Positions 19,688-29,385 are shown, counted from the stretch's first letter. The stretch is 64,000 nucleotides of DNA from Hyphomicrobiales bacterium (GCA_031373255.1 JANMMJ010000216.1:183-64182), one strand, 5' to 3'. Notes: a model not told the origin generated them from the sequence alone. Translations and numbers: made by a program.

Positions 19688-20269
19688 ATGCACATTCAAA
19701 TTACCGGGAAGAACCTCGACATCGGTGACACTCTGCGAAGCCATGCAGGCGAGCGCCTCGATACCATCGCGCAGCGCTATTTCGATGGCGCGGTGCGCTC
19801 GCATGTGACGGTGGAAAAACAGAGAAGCAGTTTCATCACCGACTGCACGCTGCATCTCGCAACCGGTCTTGTGCTGCAGGCGCATGGCACCGCGGGCGAA
19901 GCCTTCGCAAGTTTTGAAGCGGCAGCGACGCATCTCGAAAAGCAGTTGAGGCGCTACAAGTCGCGCCTCAAGAACCACCATCACGCGCGCAAGGAGCCGG
20001 TGCGCCAGGAAGCCGCCGCAAGTTTCGTCATTGCAGCTGCTTCAGAAGACGATCACGCCGACAGCCCCGAAATGAACCCAGCCGTCATCGCCGAATCGCC
20101 TCACGCCGTGGCCGAGCTTTCGGTCGGCGAAGCGGTGATGCAGCTTGATATTTCGACTGTACCCTTCGTTCTGTTCCGCAATGCGCGCGACGGCGGCCTC
20201 AACGTCGTCTACCGCAGGCAGGACGGCAATATCGGTTGGATCAATCCCTCTCCGTCGCAGCCGGCCTGA
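19688..20269 (+). CDS. hpf: ribosome hibernation promoting factor (long form)
   Basis: MHIQITGKNLDIGDTLRSHAGERL is a typical HPF/YfiA N-terminus. The gene follows rpoN as in the conserved cluster. Confidence 0.85.
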   Translation: MHIQITGKNLDIGDTLRSHAGERLDTIAQRYFDGAVRSHVTVEKQRSSFITDCTLHLATGLVLQAHGTAGEAFASFEAAATHLEKQLRRYKSRLKNHHHARKEPVRQEAAASFVIAAASEDDHADSPEMNPAVIAESPHAVAELSVGEAVMQLDISTVPFVLFRNARDGGLNVVYRRQDGNIGWINPSPSQPA

Positions 20270-20301
20270 GCGCTGCTGAACGGATCAAGGAAAGGGCGCC
20301 C

Positions 20302-20772
20302 ATGGGCCTTGCCGACATTATTGACGAGCGTTCGGTTTTCCCCGCGCTGAAGCCACAGAACAAGAAGCAGCTATTGCAGGAGCTTGCGCACGCCGCAGCT
20401 CAGCTCACTGCGATCGATCACCGCATCATCTTCGAGAAGCTGCTGCAGCGCGAGAAACTGGGATCAACCGGCCTCGGCCAAGGCATCGCCATTCCGCATG
20501 GCAAAATTCCCTCGATCACCAAGGTATATGGATTTTTCGCAAGACTTGCGCATCCGGTGGACTTCGATGCGGTGGACGATCAGCCCGTCGATCTGGTTTT
20601 CCTGCTGCTGGCGCCGGAACATGCCGGAGCCGACCATCTCAAGGCACTGGCGAAGATTTCACGGCTGTTGCGCGATCCCGCCATTGTCGAAAAACTGCGC
20701 GGCACCGATGCAGCCGAGGGAATTTACGCGATCCTCACGGAGCCCTCGGCGACGGAGGCCAGCGCGGCCTGA
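20302..20772 (+). CDS. ptsN: PTS IIA-like nitrogen regulatory protein PtsN
   Basis: EIIA-Ntr motifs including GIAIPHGK (phosphorylatable His), in the conserved position after hpf. Start placed at MGLADIIDE. Confidence 0.85.
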   Translation: MGLADIIDERSVFPALKPQNKKQLLQELAHAAAQLTAIDHRIIFEKLLQREKLGSTGLGQGIAIPHGKIPSITKVYGFFARLAHPVDFDAVDDQPVDLVFLLLAPEHAGADHLKALAKISRLLRDPAIVEKLRGTDAAEGIYAILTEPSATEASAA

Positions 20773-20783
20773 ACGCTCACGTC

Positions 20784-21047
20784 TCAGTGAACGCTCATCG
20801 TGAGCATTTCGTGTTCCATGGCGCTGGCGATGGCGCCCTCGCGGTTTCCTGAAATCGACATAGGGGTGCCGTCCGCCGCATAGAGGCAGAACAGCGTCGT
20901 GTCGGCTGGAACCTTGGCGCGCGTTCCCAGAAGCTTCACTGCTTCGCTGGTGCCAATTTCGCGAATGTAGCCGAAATCGCCGGCGCCCAACTGGCCCAGA
21001 TCTTCAGGAGTCAATTCCAGTGTCTTCTTGATACTCTCGGTAATCAT
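20784..21047 (-). CDS. DUF1150 family small protein (commonly paired with Hsp20 in alphaproteobacteria)
   Basis: 87-aa ORF directly downstream of hsp20 on the same strand, with a 3-nt gap. Confidence 0.6.
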   Translation of the reverse strand: MITESIKKTLELTPEDLGQLGAGDFGYIREIGTSEAVKLLGTRAKVPADTTLFCLYAADGTPMSISGNREGAIASAMEHEMLTMSVH

Positions 21048-21050
21048 GGT

Positions 21051-21476
21051 TCAACCTCCACGTATATCGATACGGCGGACAATGCGTTCCGGTTCCGGTC
21101 TTTCGAGATCAATCTTCAACAGACCATCTTCCAGTGCTGCTCCGGTGACTTTCATGCCATCTGCCAGGACAAAGGCGCGCTGAAACTGGCGGGCCGCAAT
21201 GCCGCGATGCAGATAGGCTCTTGAGGCATCATCGTTTTGCCTTCCCCGGCAGGTGAGCTGGTTTTCCTCAATGGTCACCTCCAGTTCGTCGCGGCTGAAG
21301 CCTGCAACGGCGAGCGTGATCCTGAGCCTTTCCGGTTGATTTTCGACCGGGGCCAGGCGCTCGATGTTGTAGGGAGGATAGGCGTCACCATTGGTTTTCG
21401 ATGCCCGGTCCAGCAGCCGCTCCAATCCATCGAAGCCGAGGAGCAGCGGAGAAGAAAAAAGCGAAACGCGTGTCAT
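21051..21476 (-). CDS. Hsp20/alpha-crystallin family small heat shock protein
   Basis: Alpha-crystallin domain (YPPYNIERL..ENQPERLRITLAVAGF...LEDGLLKIDLER). Start placed at MTRVSLF; the upstream ORF-track extension is likely 5' UTR. Confidence 0.8.
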   Translation of the reverse strand: MTRVSLFSSPLLLGFDGLERLLDRASKTNGDAYPPYNIERLAPVENQPERLRITLAVAGFSRDELEVTIEENQLTCRGRQNDDASRAYLHRGIAARQFQRAFVLADGMKVTGAALEDGLLKIDLERPEPERIVRRIDIRGG

Positions 21477-21546
21477 ACGTACCAGCCCTTGCACTAAGCA
21501 GCCCTGATGACGCAGCCCAAACAGGCACCACACCATCATGCGCTCA

Positions 21547-21575
21547 ATATGTGGCTAGGGGATTAAGGATTCAAG
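21547..21575 (-). promoter_or_regulatory. sigma-32 (RpoH)-type heat-shock promoter CTTGAA-N15-CCACATAT reading into hsp20
   Basis: On the minus strand: CTTGAA (plus coordinates 21570-21575), a 15-nt spacer, then CCACATAT (21547-21554). This resembles E. coli TTGAAA-N13-15-CCCCATNT and the alphaproteobacterial RpoH consensus. It lies ~60 nt upstream of the hsp20 start. Confidence 0.55.
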
Positions 21576-22203
21576 TAAAGGGCTTCTGGCCGGGCATTGT
21601 GACCCGCCGCAACGTCAAATTCAACCTTCCGCCGCCCTTCAGCAAAGTCGACGTTCCGGTCTGGATCCGGTCGATGCCGTGATAGGCCCGACGCGACGCT
21701 CCACCCAGCACGACAACATCGCCGGAGCCCAGTTTGAGGGTGCTGGTGGAACCGCCGCGTTCCGTAGAACCGATGCGAAATATCGCGGTATCTCCCAGTG
21801 AGACCGAAACGACGGGAGCGGAAAAATCGTCCTCATCGGCGTCCTGGTGAAGGCCCATCCTGGCGCCCTCGCGATAATAATTGACCAGGCAGGCCTCGGG
21901 CGGATGCGGGTAGTCGGCGACTTCACGCCACAATTCCAAGATCATGGCGGGGATGGCGGGCCAGCGCCTGCCGGTTTCGGGATGGAGTGGCTGATAGCGG
22001 TACCCGGAACGGTCGGAAACCCATCCCAGCGGCCCCAAATTGGTCATCTGCACGGTGAATGGGCGCCCGGTGCGCGGCATTAAGGGTGTGAAAAACGGGG
22101 CTTCGGCAACCGCCAGACGCAGCAGTTCAGCCAATTCTTCCTGGCGCGGCCGGTCGAAAAATCCACTGAGGAAACGTAGCCCGGATACAGGCGGCTGGCT
22201 CAT
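21571..22203 (-). CDS. alkB: alpha-ketoglutarate-dependent dioxygenase AlkB (DNA/RNA alkylation repair)
   Basis: 2OG-Fe(II) oxygenase motifs HQDADE...H and RLNLTLRRV, with a length of 210 aa. Confidence 0.8.
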   Translation of the reverse strand: MSQPPVSGLRFLSGFFDRPRQEELAELLRLAVAEAPFFTPLMPRTGRPFTVQMTNLGPLGWVSDRSGYRYQPLHPETGRRWPAIPAMILELWREVADYPHPPEACLVNYYREGARMGLHQDADEDDFSAPVVSVSLGDTAIFRIGSTERGGSTSTLKLGSGDVVVLGGASRRAYHGIDRIQTGTSTLLKGGGRLNLTLRRVTMPGQKPFT

Positions 22204-22772
22204 TCCCCGGCTTTGGCCACACCCACCAGCGATGGCCTCAGGCAGCGGTCGCCTATCGCGTAACCCGCCTGCAACTGCTGCACGACGGTGCCAGGGGCCT
22301 CGTTGTTATCGGGGACCTCGAACATGGCCTGATGCATGTTGGGATCGAATTTCTGGCCTACAGCCTCTATCCGACGAATGCCGTGACGCTGGAAAATATT
22401 GAGAAGTTCGCGCTCCGTCACTTCAACGCCTGCCAGAAGATTGCGGCTCACCTCGTCGGCGGTTTCGCGGCTCTCGGCGGGAACCGCCCCAATGGCGCGG
22501 CCCAGATTGTCGGCCACACTCAAAAGGTCGCGGGCAAAATTTGATGCGGCATACAGTGTGGCTTCGGCCTTTTCCCGCTCGGTCCGCTTGCGCAAATTGT
22601 CCATCTCGGCGGCAAGCCGCAGCAACTTGTCCTTCAGGCCGGCCGCTTCTTCTTTCAACTCGGCAATTTCCGCTTCACGCGGGTCAAAATCGAAATCTTC
22701 GGGAAACGCCAGAGACGGATCCATGTTCGGAGTGGCTTCCGGCGTGTCCGGTGTCTTGGTTTCGTCGTTCAT
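22200..22772 (-). CDS. grpE: nucleotide exchange factor GrpE
   Basis: Coiled-coil LKDKLLRLAAEMDNLRKRTERE plus the GrpE C-terminal domain. Start placed at MNDETKT. Confidence 0.9.
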   Translation of the reverse strand: MNDETKTPDTPEATPNMDPSLAFPEDFDFDPREAEIAELKEEAAGLKDKLLRLAAEMDNLRKRTEREKAEATLYAASNFARDLLSVADNLGRAIGAVPAESRETADEVSRNLLAGVEVTERELLNIFQRHGIRRIEAVGQKFDPNMHQAMFEVPDNNEAPGTVVQQLQAGYAIGDRCLRPSLVGVAKAGE

Positions 22773-22840
22773 CGCAACGTTGCCCTGTGCATCTGAAATG
22801 AGGTTGATCAGAGGGCATATCGGCTCCCGGCACAGAAAAA

Positions 22841-23932
22841 TCAAGTCAGGAGGCGGCCGACCACCTTTGCGGTATAATCCACCATGGGGATGATCCGGGC
22901 ATAATTCATGCGGGTCGGCCCGATGATGCCAAGGATCCCGACAATCTTTTCCTCGCTGTTGCGGTAGGGCGCCACGATCAGCGATGAGCCCGACAAGGAA
23001 AACAGCTTGTTTTCGGAGCCGATGAAGATGCGCATGCCCTCGCCGGCTTCCGCTAGCCCCAGGAGCTGGATCAGTTCCTTCTTGTTTTCGATGTCGTCGA
23101 AAAGCTTGCGGATGCGCTCGAGATCGTCGAAGCCGGTCTGCTGTTCGAGAAGATTGGCCTGGCCCCTGACAATCAGGGTCTTGGAATCGGGATCGATGTC
23201 GCCCGACCAGACGGCAATTCCCGCCTCCACCACCTTGGCCGAAACCTCGTCCAGTTCGCGCCTCAGGAAATCCATCTCGTCGCGCACAAAGCGTTTGACC
23301 TCGGCAATGGTCTTTCCCTGAAAGCGCGCCGACAGATAATTTGCGGCGCGGGTCAAGGCCGCGGGCGGCAGGCCCGGCGGCACCTCGATGACGCGATTTT
23401 CCACCGCGCCATCCTCGGCCACGATGATGACAAGGGCGCGGCCCGGCGCCAAGCTGACAAATTCAATGTGCTTGAGCGGCGCGTTCATCTTCGGCGCCAG
23501 AACCACGCCGGCACAATGCGACAGGCCGGACAACAGCGTTGAAGCCTCGCCCAGCACATCTTCAATGCGGCGGGTGCGGTTCGACGCGGCAATCTGGGCG
23601 TCGATGCGGGCCCGCTCGTCGGGTGCCACAGCGCCTACTTCCAGCAAGGCATCGACAAAGAACCGCAGTCCTGCCTCGGTCGGCACCCGGCCGGCACTGG
23701 TATGGGGCGAGAAAATAAGCCCGGAGTCCTCAAGGTCCATCATGACATTGCGCACCGAAGCCGGTGACAGGTTGGAAGGCAGGATGCGCGAGATGGTGCG
23801 CGAACCGACGGGCTCGCCGGTTTCCAGATAGGTATCGACAAGCCTGCGGAATACCTCGCGCGAGCGCTGGTCGAGACCAGCGATCCCGGTGGCGCGTTCG
23901 TCCTGAAACGGTTTGGGCGGAATGACACTCAT
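22841..23932 (-). CDS. hrcA: heat-inducible transcription repressor HrcA
   Basis: 363 aa with the winged-helix N-terminus LDQRSREVFRRLVDTYLETGEPVGSRTI, located upstream of grpE. Confidence 0.9.
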   Translation of the reverse strand: MSVIPPKPFQDERATGIAGLDQRSREVFRRLVDTYLETGEPVGSRTISRILPSNLSPASVRNVMMDLEDSGLIFSPHTSAGRVPTEAGLRFFVDALLEVGAVAPDERARIDAQIAASNRTRRIEDVLGEASTLLSGLSHCAGVVLAPKMNAPLKHIEFVSLAPGRALVIIVAEDGAVENRVIEVPPGLPPAALTRAANYLSARFQGKTIAEVKRFVRDEMDFLRRELDEVSAKVVEAGIAVWSGDIDPDSKTLIVRGQANLLEQQTGFDDLERIRKLFDDIENKKELIQLLGLAEAGEGMRIFIGSENKLFSLSGSSLIVAPYRNSEEKIVGILGIIGPTRMNYARIIPMVDYTAKVVGRLLT

Positions 23933-24014
23933 GGGACCAATCTAGAAATCAAGTTGGCTCGGGTCAATCGACGGGCTACAGGTGCCCATGAATTTCAAGG
24001 AAAGGCGAATGTTC

Positions 24015-24728
24015 ATGCGTCCATCGGGGCGAAAGGCAGATCAGTTGCGTGAGGTCAGGTTTCAGCGGGCTTTCACGAAGCACGCCGAGGGCTCATGCCT
24101 CGTCAGTTTCGGTGATACCAAGGTGCTGTGTACTGCCACTCTCGAAGAAAAGGTGCCGGGATGGCTCAAGGGCCTGGGCAAGGGCTGGGTCACGGCAGAA
24201 TACGGCATGCTGCCGCGTTCGACGGGCGAGCGCATGCGGCGCGAGGCAACACAGGGCCGGCAATCCGGACGCACCCAGGAAATTCAGCGTCTGGCTGGAC
24301 GGAGCCTTCGCGCCGTGGTCGATCTCCAGGCACTGGGCGAGCGGCAGATCACGCTCGACTGCGACGTGCTGCAGGCCGATGGCGGAACCCGCACTGCCGC
24401 CATTACCGGAAGCTGGGTTGCACTGCATGACTGCCTGTCGTGGATGTCGGCGCGCGACATGTTCAAGACCTGGCCGCTCAAGGATCACGTGGCCGCCATT
24501 TCCTGCGGCATCCATGGCGGCGCGATCGTTCTCGATCTAGATTATGCCGAGGATTCGACGGCTGCAACGGATGCCAATTTCGTCATGACGGGGTCGGGCG
24601 GGATCGTCGAAGTGCAGGGTACCGCCGAGGGCGAGCCGTTTTCGCAGAAAAACCTCCTGGAGCTTCTCGATCTGGCGCGCAAGGGCATCGGCGAACTCGT
24701 CGCCATGCAAAAGGCCGCCATTGCATGA
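24015..24728 (+). CDS. rph: ribonuclease PH
   Basis: [14 protein letters not shown]...[13 protein letters not shown] is the canonical RNase PH N-terminus. The track ORF is extended upstream. Confidence 0.9.
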   Translation: MRPSGRKADQLREVRFQRAFTKHAEGSCLVSFGDTKVLCTATLEEKVPGWLKGLGKGWVTAEYGMLPRSTGERMRREATQGRQSGRTQEIQRLAGRSLRAVVDLQALGERQITLDCDVLQADGGTRTAAITGSWVALHDCLSWMSARDMFKTWPLKDHVAAISCGIHGGAIVLDLDYAEDSTAATDANFVMTGSGGIVEVQGTAEGEPFSQKNLLELLDLARKGIGELVAMQKAAIA

Positions 24729-25744
24729 GGCCGGAGGGCGTACTTGAGACGGTCCTCTATGCCGAAGATCTCGGTGCGGCCCGGCATTTCTACGAAACCG
24801 TGCTCGGACTTGAATGTTTTGCGCAGCATGGCGAGCGCGATCTGTTCTTCCATTGCGGCGGCCAGGTTCTGCTGATCTTCAATCCGCGCCTCACCGAAAT
24901 TCCGCATGGCAGCGGTCCCGGTATTCCACCGGCACATGGCGCGCATGGGCCGGGCCACGTGTGTTTCAAGGCGACTGCGGATGCGATCGCGCGGTGGCGG
25001 CGGCATTTCGAGACGCTGGGCATCTCTATTGACGCGGATTTCGAGTGGAAGACCGGCGGACGCTCGCTCTATGTGCGCGATCCTTCGGGCAATTCGGTTG
25101 AATTCGCCGAGCCGCGAATCTGGGGATTGCCCTGGGCGCGGCGGAGCCTTCGCGGCGAGAAGATCGTGGTGGCAACGCACAACAAGGGCAAACTGGAAGA
25201 GTTCGCCGCACTTCTGGCGCCCCATGGCGTGAGCGCAGTGTCCGCAGGCGAACTTGGCCTGCCCGAACCGGTAGAGACTGAGTCGACGTTCGAGGGCAAT
25301 GCGCGGATCAAGGCACTGGCCGCAATGAAGGCCAGCGGCCTGATCGTGCTTGCCGACGATTCGGGCCTGTGCGTCGATGCGCTCAATGGCGATCCCGGTG
25401 TTTATACGGCGGACTGGGCGGGACCCAAGCGCGACTGGTCGATGGCGATGCGGCTGGTCGAGGAGAAACTTCAGGCCGCTGGCGCCATAAGTGCTGAACA
25501 GCGCGGTGCGTCGTTCTTCTGCACCCTGTGCGTGATCTGGCCCGATGGCGAGGAGCGCATCTATGTGGGCCAGGCGCCTGGTCATCTGACCTGGCCGCCG
25601 CGCGGACAGCTTGGCCATGGCTATGATCCGGTCTTTGTACCCAGGGGCGAAACGCAAACTTTCGGCGAGCTTGAACCTGCTCACAAGAACCGCATCTCGC
25701 ACCGGGCGAAAGCGCTCGAGAAGCTGTTCGATGATCTCTTCTGA
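24725..25744 (+). CDS. rdgB: in-frame VOC/glyoxalase-fold domain (N) + dITP/XTP pyrophosphatase RdgB/Ham1 (C); start overlaps the rph stop (ATGA)
   Basis: There is no stop codon between the VOC-like region ([29 protein letters not shown]...) and the RdgB core ([15 protein letters not shown]...). Only a TTG (25127) or GTG could start a stand-alone rdgB. Confidence 0.6.
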   Translation: MRPEGVLETVLYAEDLGAARHFYETVLGLECFAQHGERDLFFHCGGQVLLIFNPRLTEIPHGSGPGIPPAHGAHGPGHVCFKATADAIARWRRHFETLGISIDADFEWKTGGRSLYVRDPSGNSVEFAEPRIWGLPWARRSLRGEKIVVATHNKGKLEEFAALLAPHGVSAVSAGELGLPEPVETESTFEGNARIKALAAMKASGLIVLADDSGLCVDALNGDPGVYTADWAGPKRDWSMAMRLVEEKLQAAGAISAEQRGASFFCTLCVIWPDGEERIYVGQAPGHLTWPPRGQLGHGYDPVFVPRGETQTFGELEPAHKNRISHRAKALEKLFDDLF

Positions 25745-26882
25745 TCCCGGCTTCGGCGTCTATGTCCACTGGCCGTTCTGCAAGGCCAAATGTCCCTACT
25801 GCGATTTCAATTCGCATGTCCGGCACGAGGGCGTCGATGCGATGTCGTTTGCCGATGCTTTAGTGACCGAGCTGAAATGGCTGGCGCTCGAAACATCGGG
25901 GCGAAAAGTCAGCAGCATTTTCTTTGGCGGAGGAACGCCGTCGCTGATGCCGCCTGCCGCGGTCGGCCATGTGCTCGATCACATCGCGCAATTGTGGTCC
26001 ACTGCTCCCGATATCGAAGTGACGCTCGAAGCCAATCCGACGAGTGTCGAAGCGCAGAATTTCGCAGGCTATCGCGCGGCGGGGGTCAACCGGGTTTCGG
26101 TTGGCGTACAGGCGCTGATCGATGACGACCTGAAAGCGCTTGGCCGGCTGCATACGGCAGAGGAGGCACTGACCGCCTTTCGCATGGCGGCGAAGATTTT
26201 CCCGCGCGTGTCGTTCGACATGATTTATGCTAGGCCGCAACAGACTGCCGATCAGTGGCGCAATGAACTTTCCCGCGCCCTGGCCGAGCAGCAGGGCCAC
26301 ATGTCGCTTTACCAGCTCACCATCGAGCCCGGCACGGCATTCGGCGACCTGCAGGCGCGCGGGCGTTTCCCGATGCTGGCGGATGAGGCGGCCAACGACC
26401 TCTATTTCATCACGCAGGAATTGACGGAAAAGGCGGGGCTCGCTGCCTATGAGGTCTCAAATCACGCTTTGCCCGGACAGGAGTCGCGGCACAATCTCAC
26501 CTACTGGCGCTATGGTGAGTACGCCGGTGCGGGACCCGGCGCCCACAGCCGCATCGGTGAGGGTGCAGGCAAGCGCGGTCTTGTTGCCGAGAAGCATCCG
26601 GAGACATGGCGGCAGATGGTCCAGGCGAGAGGCCACGGCATCGTCGAGGACGTAGCGATTTCGCCTCAAGAGCAGGCGCTGGAGTACCTACTGATGGGAC
26701 TGCGCATCTCCGAGGGGATCGACATCGTCCGCTATCAGGCGCTGGCCGGACGGAACTTCACCGACAGCAGGGTTGCCGATCTCACATCCCTTGGCCTTGT
26801 GGTGACCGACGGTTCACGCATCAGGGCCACGGCGCGCGGACGGCCACTCCTCAATGCGCTGATCGCCGAACTTGCGGCTTAA
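25731..26882 (+). CDS. hemW: radical SAM heme chaperone HemW (HemN-like, oxygen-independent coproporphyrinogen oxidase family)
   Basis: CxxxCxxC radical-SAM motif (CKAKCPYCDF) and an HNxxYW-type region, in the conserved position after rdgB. Start placed at [16 protein letters not shown]. Confidence 0.85.
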   Translation: MISSDPGFGVYVHWPFCKAKCPYCDFNSHVRHEGVDAMSFADALVTELKWLALETSGRKVSSIFFGGGTPSLMPPAAVGHVLDHIAQLWSTAPDIEVTLEANPTSVEAQNFAGYRAAGVNRVSVGVQALIDDDLKALGRLHTAEEALTAFRMAAKIFPRVSFDMIYARPQQTADQWRNELSRALAEQQGHMSLYQLTIEPGTAFGDLQARGRFPMLADEAANDLYFITQELTEKAGLAAYEVSNHALPGQESRHNLTYWRYGEYAGAGPGAHSRIGEGAGKRGLVAEKHPETWRQMVQARGHGIVEDVAISPQEQALEYLLMGLRISEGIDIVRYQALAGRNFTDSRVADLTSLGLVVTDGSRIRATARGRPLLNALIAELAA

Positions 26883-28048
26883 GAACCGGCGTTGAATTTC
26901 TCCGACGCGGGGGCAATTTCGCGCGGTCCCGACGACGACATTTCGAGGATCGACAGGCTACGCTCGATCTGACCGCTGGGCTTGAAGCGGAACAACCCGT
27001 TCTGGCCCTGGTAGCCACCCGCACTGGTGATCGCCTGGCGGCTGAAATTGCCACTCTTCGCCATGGCCACCGCCAGCGTTGCCGCGTCGTACGCAAGGCT
27101 GGCGATACGCGGCGGCTTGCTGCCATAGGATTTGGCGTAGTGATTGTCGAAGCTTGTCACGAGATCGGGAGAGACACCAGCATACCAGCCGCCCTGGACC
27201 AGCGGAACCGTTGGCGCAATCTCGTCGTCCCACAAGCCGGTGCCGATCACCTTGATGCCTGATGACGCAACACCCTGGCTCTCGAGGCTGGTTCCCAAAG
27301 CGCGCAAAGCTTCGCCGCCTTCCGGCAGGAGCAGGGCCTGCTCGCTGCCACCCTGCTGCAGTGCTGTTGCAATCCTTGCAATGTCTGGACTGGATTGCGG
27401 GGCTTCCCTAGCATAGCGCCCAGCCGGGGAAATCGAGGCGCCATAGGCGGCAGCACCGGTCAATGCCGCTTCGCTGACAATGCCGCCATACTGTGATTTC
27501 GGATAAAGTGCCGCCACATTGCGATAGCCCTGGGCCGTTGCATAGCGAAGCACCGCCGAGATTTCCTGATCGGGAAGGAAGCTCATCAGGTAGGTTCCGG
27601 GTGCTGCCACGGTGCTTACCGAGGAAAAGGCGATGACATTGATGCCGGCCTTTTCGGCAATGGGCGTTACGGCCTGGACCTCGCCCGAAAGCAGCGGGCC
27701 GAGGATCAGTTCCGCGCCTGCCGCCACGGCTTTCTCGGCCGCCACCTTTGCGCCGGCAGCGGTTCCGCCGGTGTCCTCGGTGAGGAATGTCAGGCTACCT
27801 CCGCCGGCATCGGCTGCGGCCAGTTCGGCCGCCTGTTTCAGCGCCAGGGCCATGCCTTCGGTGCCCTTGCCGGAGAGTGGCAGAAGCAACGCCACCTTGC
27901 GTCCGCCATCGGCCTTGAGGGGGGCCAGGGGCTCCGCTTGCTGCTCCTGCGGTGTATCGCTGAGGATGCTCCCCATGTTGGCCGTGCCGGAGCAGCCAGC
28001 CAGCACTATTGCAAATAGTCCGAGAAGCAGCATGCGCCACTCGCGCAT
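26879..28048 (-). CDS. LpoA/LppC-family periplasmic lipoprotein (penicillin-binding protein activator-like), periplasmic-binding-protein fold
   Basis: Lipobox LAGCSG after a signal peptide. Start placed at MREWRMLLLGLFAIVLAGC (28048). It is divergent from rsmI and followed by yraN, as in E. coli yraL/yraM/yraN. Confidence 0.65.
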   Translation of the reverse strand: MREWRMLLLGLFAIVLAGCSGTANMGSILSDTPQEQQAEPLAPLKADGGRKVALLLPLSGKGTEGMALALKQAAELAAADAGGGSLTFLTEDTGGTAAGAKVAAEKAVAAGAELILGPLLSGEVQAVTPIAEKAGINVIAFSSVSTVAAPGTYLMSFLPDQEISAVLRYATAQGYRNVAALYPKSQYGGIVSEAALTGAAAYGASISPAGRYAREAPQSSPDIARIATALQQGGSEQALLLPEGGEALRALGTSLESQGVASSGIKVIGTGLWDDEIAPTVPLVQGGWYAGVSPDLVTSFDNHYAKSYGSKPPRIASLAYDAATLAVAMAKSGNFSRQAITSAGGYQGQNGLFRFKPSGQIERSLSILEMSSSGPREIAPASEKFNAGS

Positions 28049-28120
28049 GACGCGAGAGCGCGCTATGCTGGCGCGTGATCCAAACACCCCAATCGCCATC
28101 ACCTGCCCCCTTTGCCGGTC

Positions 28121-29023
28121 ATGCCGCATCAACACATAACACCCAGGCGCTATAACATAGGTGCCTCGGTTTTCGAGGCTGAAAAGTGCCGGGCCGGTCT
28201 CTACGTTACGGCAACTCCGATCGGAAACCTGCGCGACATCACCATCTGGGCGCTGGAAACGCTGACGGGCGTGGAGCGCATCCTGTGCGAGGATACGCGC
28301 ACCACGGGCAAGCTCATGGAGCGCTACGGCATTCGCACACCGCTTTCGCCCTATCACGAGCACAATGCCGCGAAGGTCAGGCCCGGCATTGTCGAAAGCC
28401 TCGGGCAAGGCGCAGCACTGGCGCTGGTCAGCGATGCTGGAATGCCGCTGGTGTCTGACCCCGGCTACAAACTCGTCGCCGACGCCGTGGCGGCGGGGCA
28501 CCATGTCGAAGCCATTCCCGGCGCTTCCGCGACGCTCACGGCCCTGGCGATTTCCGGCCTTCCGACCGACCGGTTCCTGTTCGCCGGATTTCTCTCCAAC
28601 AAAACCTCGGAGCGGCGCAATGCGCTTGAAGACCTCAAGCGGTTACGCGCCTCGCTGATCTTTTTCGAAAGTCCGCACCGGATCGTCGATACGCTGCTGG
28701 CTATTGCCGATGTGCTGGACGATCGCCCGGTCGCGGTTACCCGCGAACTGACCAAGATGCATGAAGAAGCGGTGCGTGGCCGCGCATCGGAAGTGGCCGC
28801 CATATTTTCGGCGAGGCCTTCGATCAAGGGCGAGATCACGCTGGTGGTGGGGCCACCTGAGGCCGCAGAAGTGGTTCATTCGGCAGCAGACATCGATGCG
28901 GCCCTCATGGCGTCGACCCAGTCCATGCCTGCCAGCCAGGCGGCAGCCGACGTGGCGCGCCGCCTTGGCATTTCGCGGAAAGATGCCTACGCGCGGCTCC
29001 TGGCGCTCAAGGGCGAGACCTGA
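28121..29023 (+). CDS. rsmI: 16S rRNA (cytidine1402-2'-O)-methyltransferase RsmI
   Basis: LYVTATPIGNLRDIT N-terminal motif and a tetrapyrrole-methylase-like fold. Start placed at ATG 28121. Confidence 0.85.
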   Translation: MPHQHITPRRYNIGASVFEAEKCRAGLYVTATPIGNLRDITIWALETLTGVERILCEDTRTTGKLMERYGIRTPLSPYHEHNAAKVRPGIVESLGQGAALALVSDAGMPLVSDPGYKLVADAVAAGHHVEAIPGASATLTALAISGLPTDRFLFAGFLSNKTSERRNALEDLKRLRASLIFFESPHRIVDTLLAIADVLDDRPVAVTRELTKMHEEAVRGRASEVAAIFSARPSIKGEITLVVGPPEAAEVVHSAADIDAALMASTQSMPASQAAADVARRLGISRKDAYARLLALKGET

Positions 29024-29385
29024 TGCGTGACCGCAAACGGGCGGAACGCGGCGGCCATCTCGCCGAACTGGCAGCGCTATGGGTCATGCGCTGCAAGGGT
29101 TATCGCCTGCTGGCCAGCCGCTACAAGACGCCGATGGGCGAGATCGATCTGATCATGCGGCGCGGCAAAGTAACCTGTTTCATCGAGGTCAAGAAACGGG
29201 CGAGCGACGATGCGGCGATCTTTTCTGTGTCCTCCCGGCAAGCGAAGCGCATCGGTGCCGCGGCGCGCAACTGGATTGCCCACGACCAGAAGGCCGCGCA
29301 GGGAAACTGGCGCTTTGACATCATCTCGGTGGTTGCCTACCAGTGGCCGAAACATTATCCAGACGCCTTCCAACCGGAAAACTGA
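29023..29385 (+). CDS. yraN: YraN family protein (UPF0102, predicted endonuclease fold)
   Basis: 120 aa with the motif GEIDLIMR, located downstream of rsmI. Confidence 0.75.
   Translation: MRDRKRAERGGHLAELAALWVMRCKGYRLLASRYKTPMGEIDLIMRRGKVTCFIEVKKRASDDAAIFSVSSRQAKRIGAAARNWIAHDQKAAQGNWRFDIISVVAYQWPKHYPDAFQPEN

Noticed and set aside
23933-24014. CIRCE element (TTAGCACTC-N9-GAGTGCTAA) upstream of hrcA-grpE
   Set aside because: No match to the CIRCE inverted repeat in the hrcA/rph divergent region or upstream of grpE. Only a sigma-70-like TTGACC-N17-TAGATT is visible. In alphaproteobacteria CIRCE usually precedes groESL, not hrcA.
24440-24724. 95-codon N-terminal extension of the VOC-rdgB ORF in the ORF track
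   Set aside because: It overlaps the 3' end of rph in another frame and has an Arg/Gly-rich low-complexity translation. A properly placed ATG at 24725 forms the usual ATGA overlap with the rph stop.
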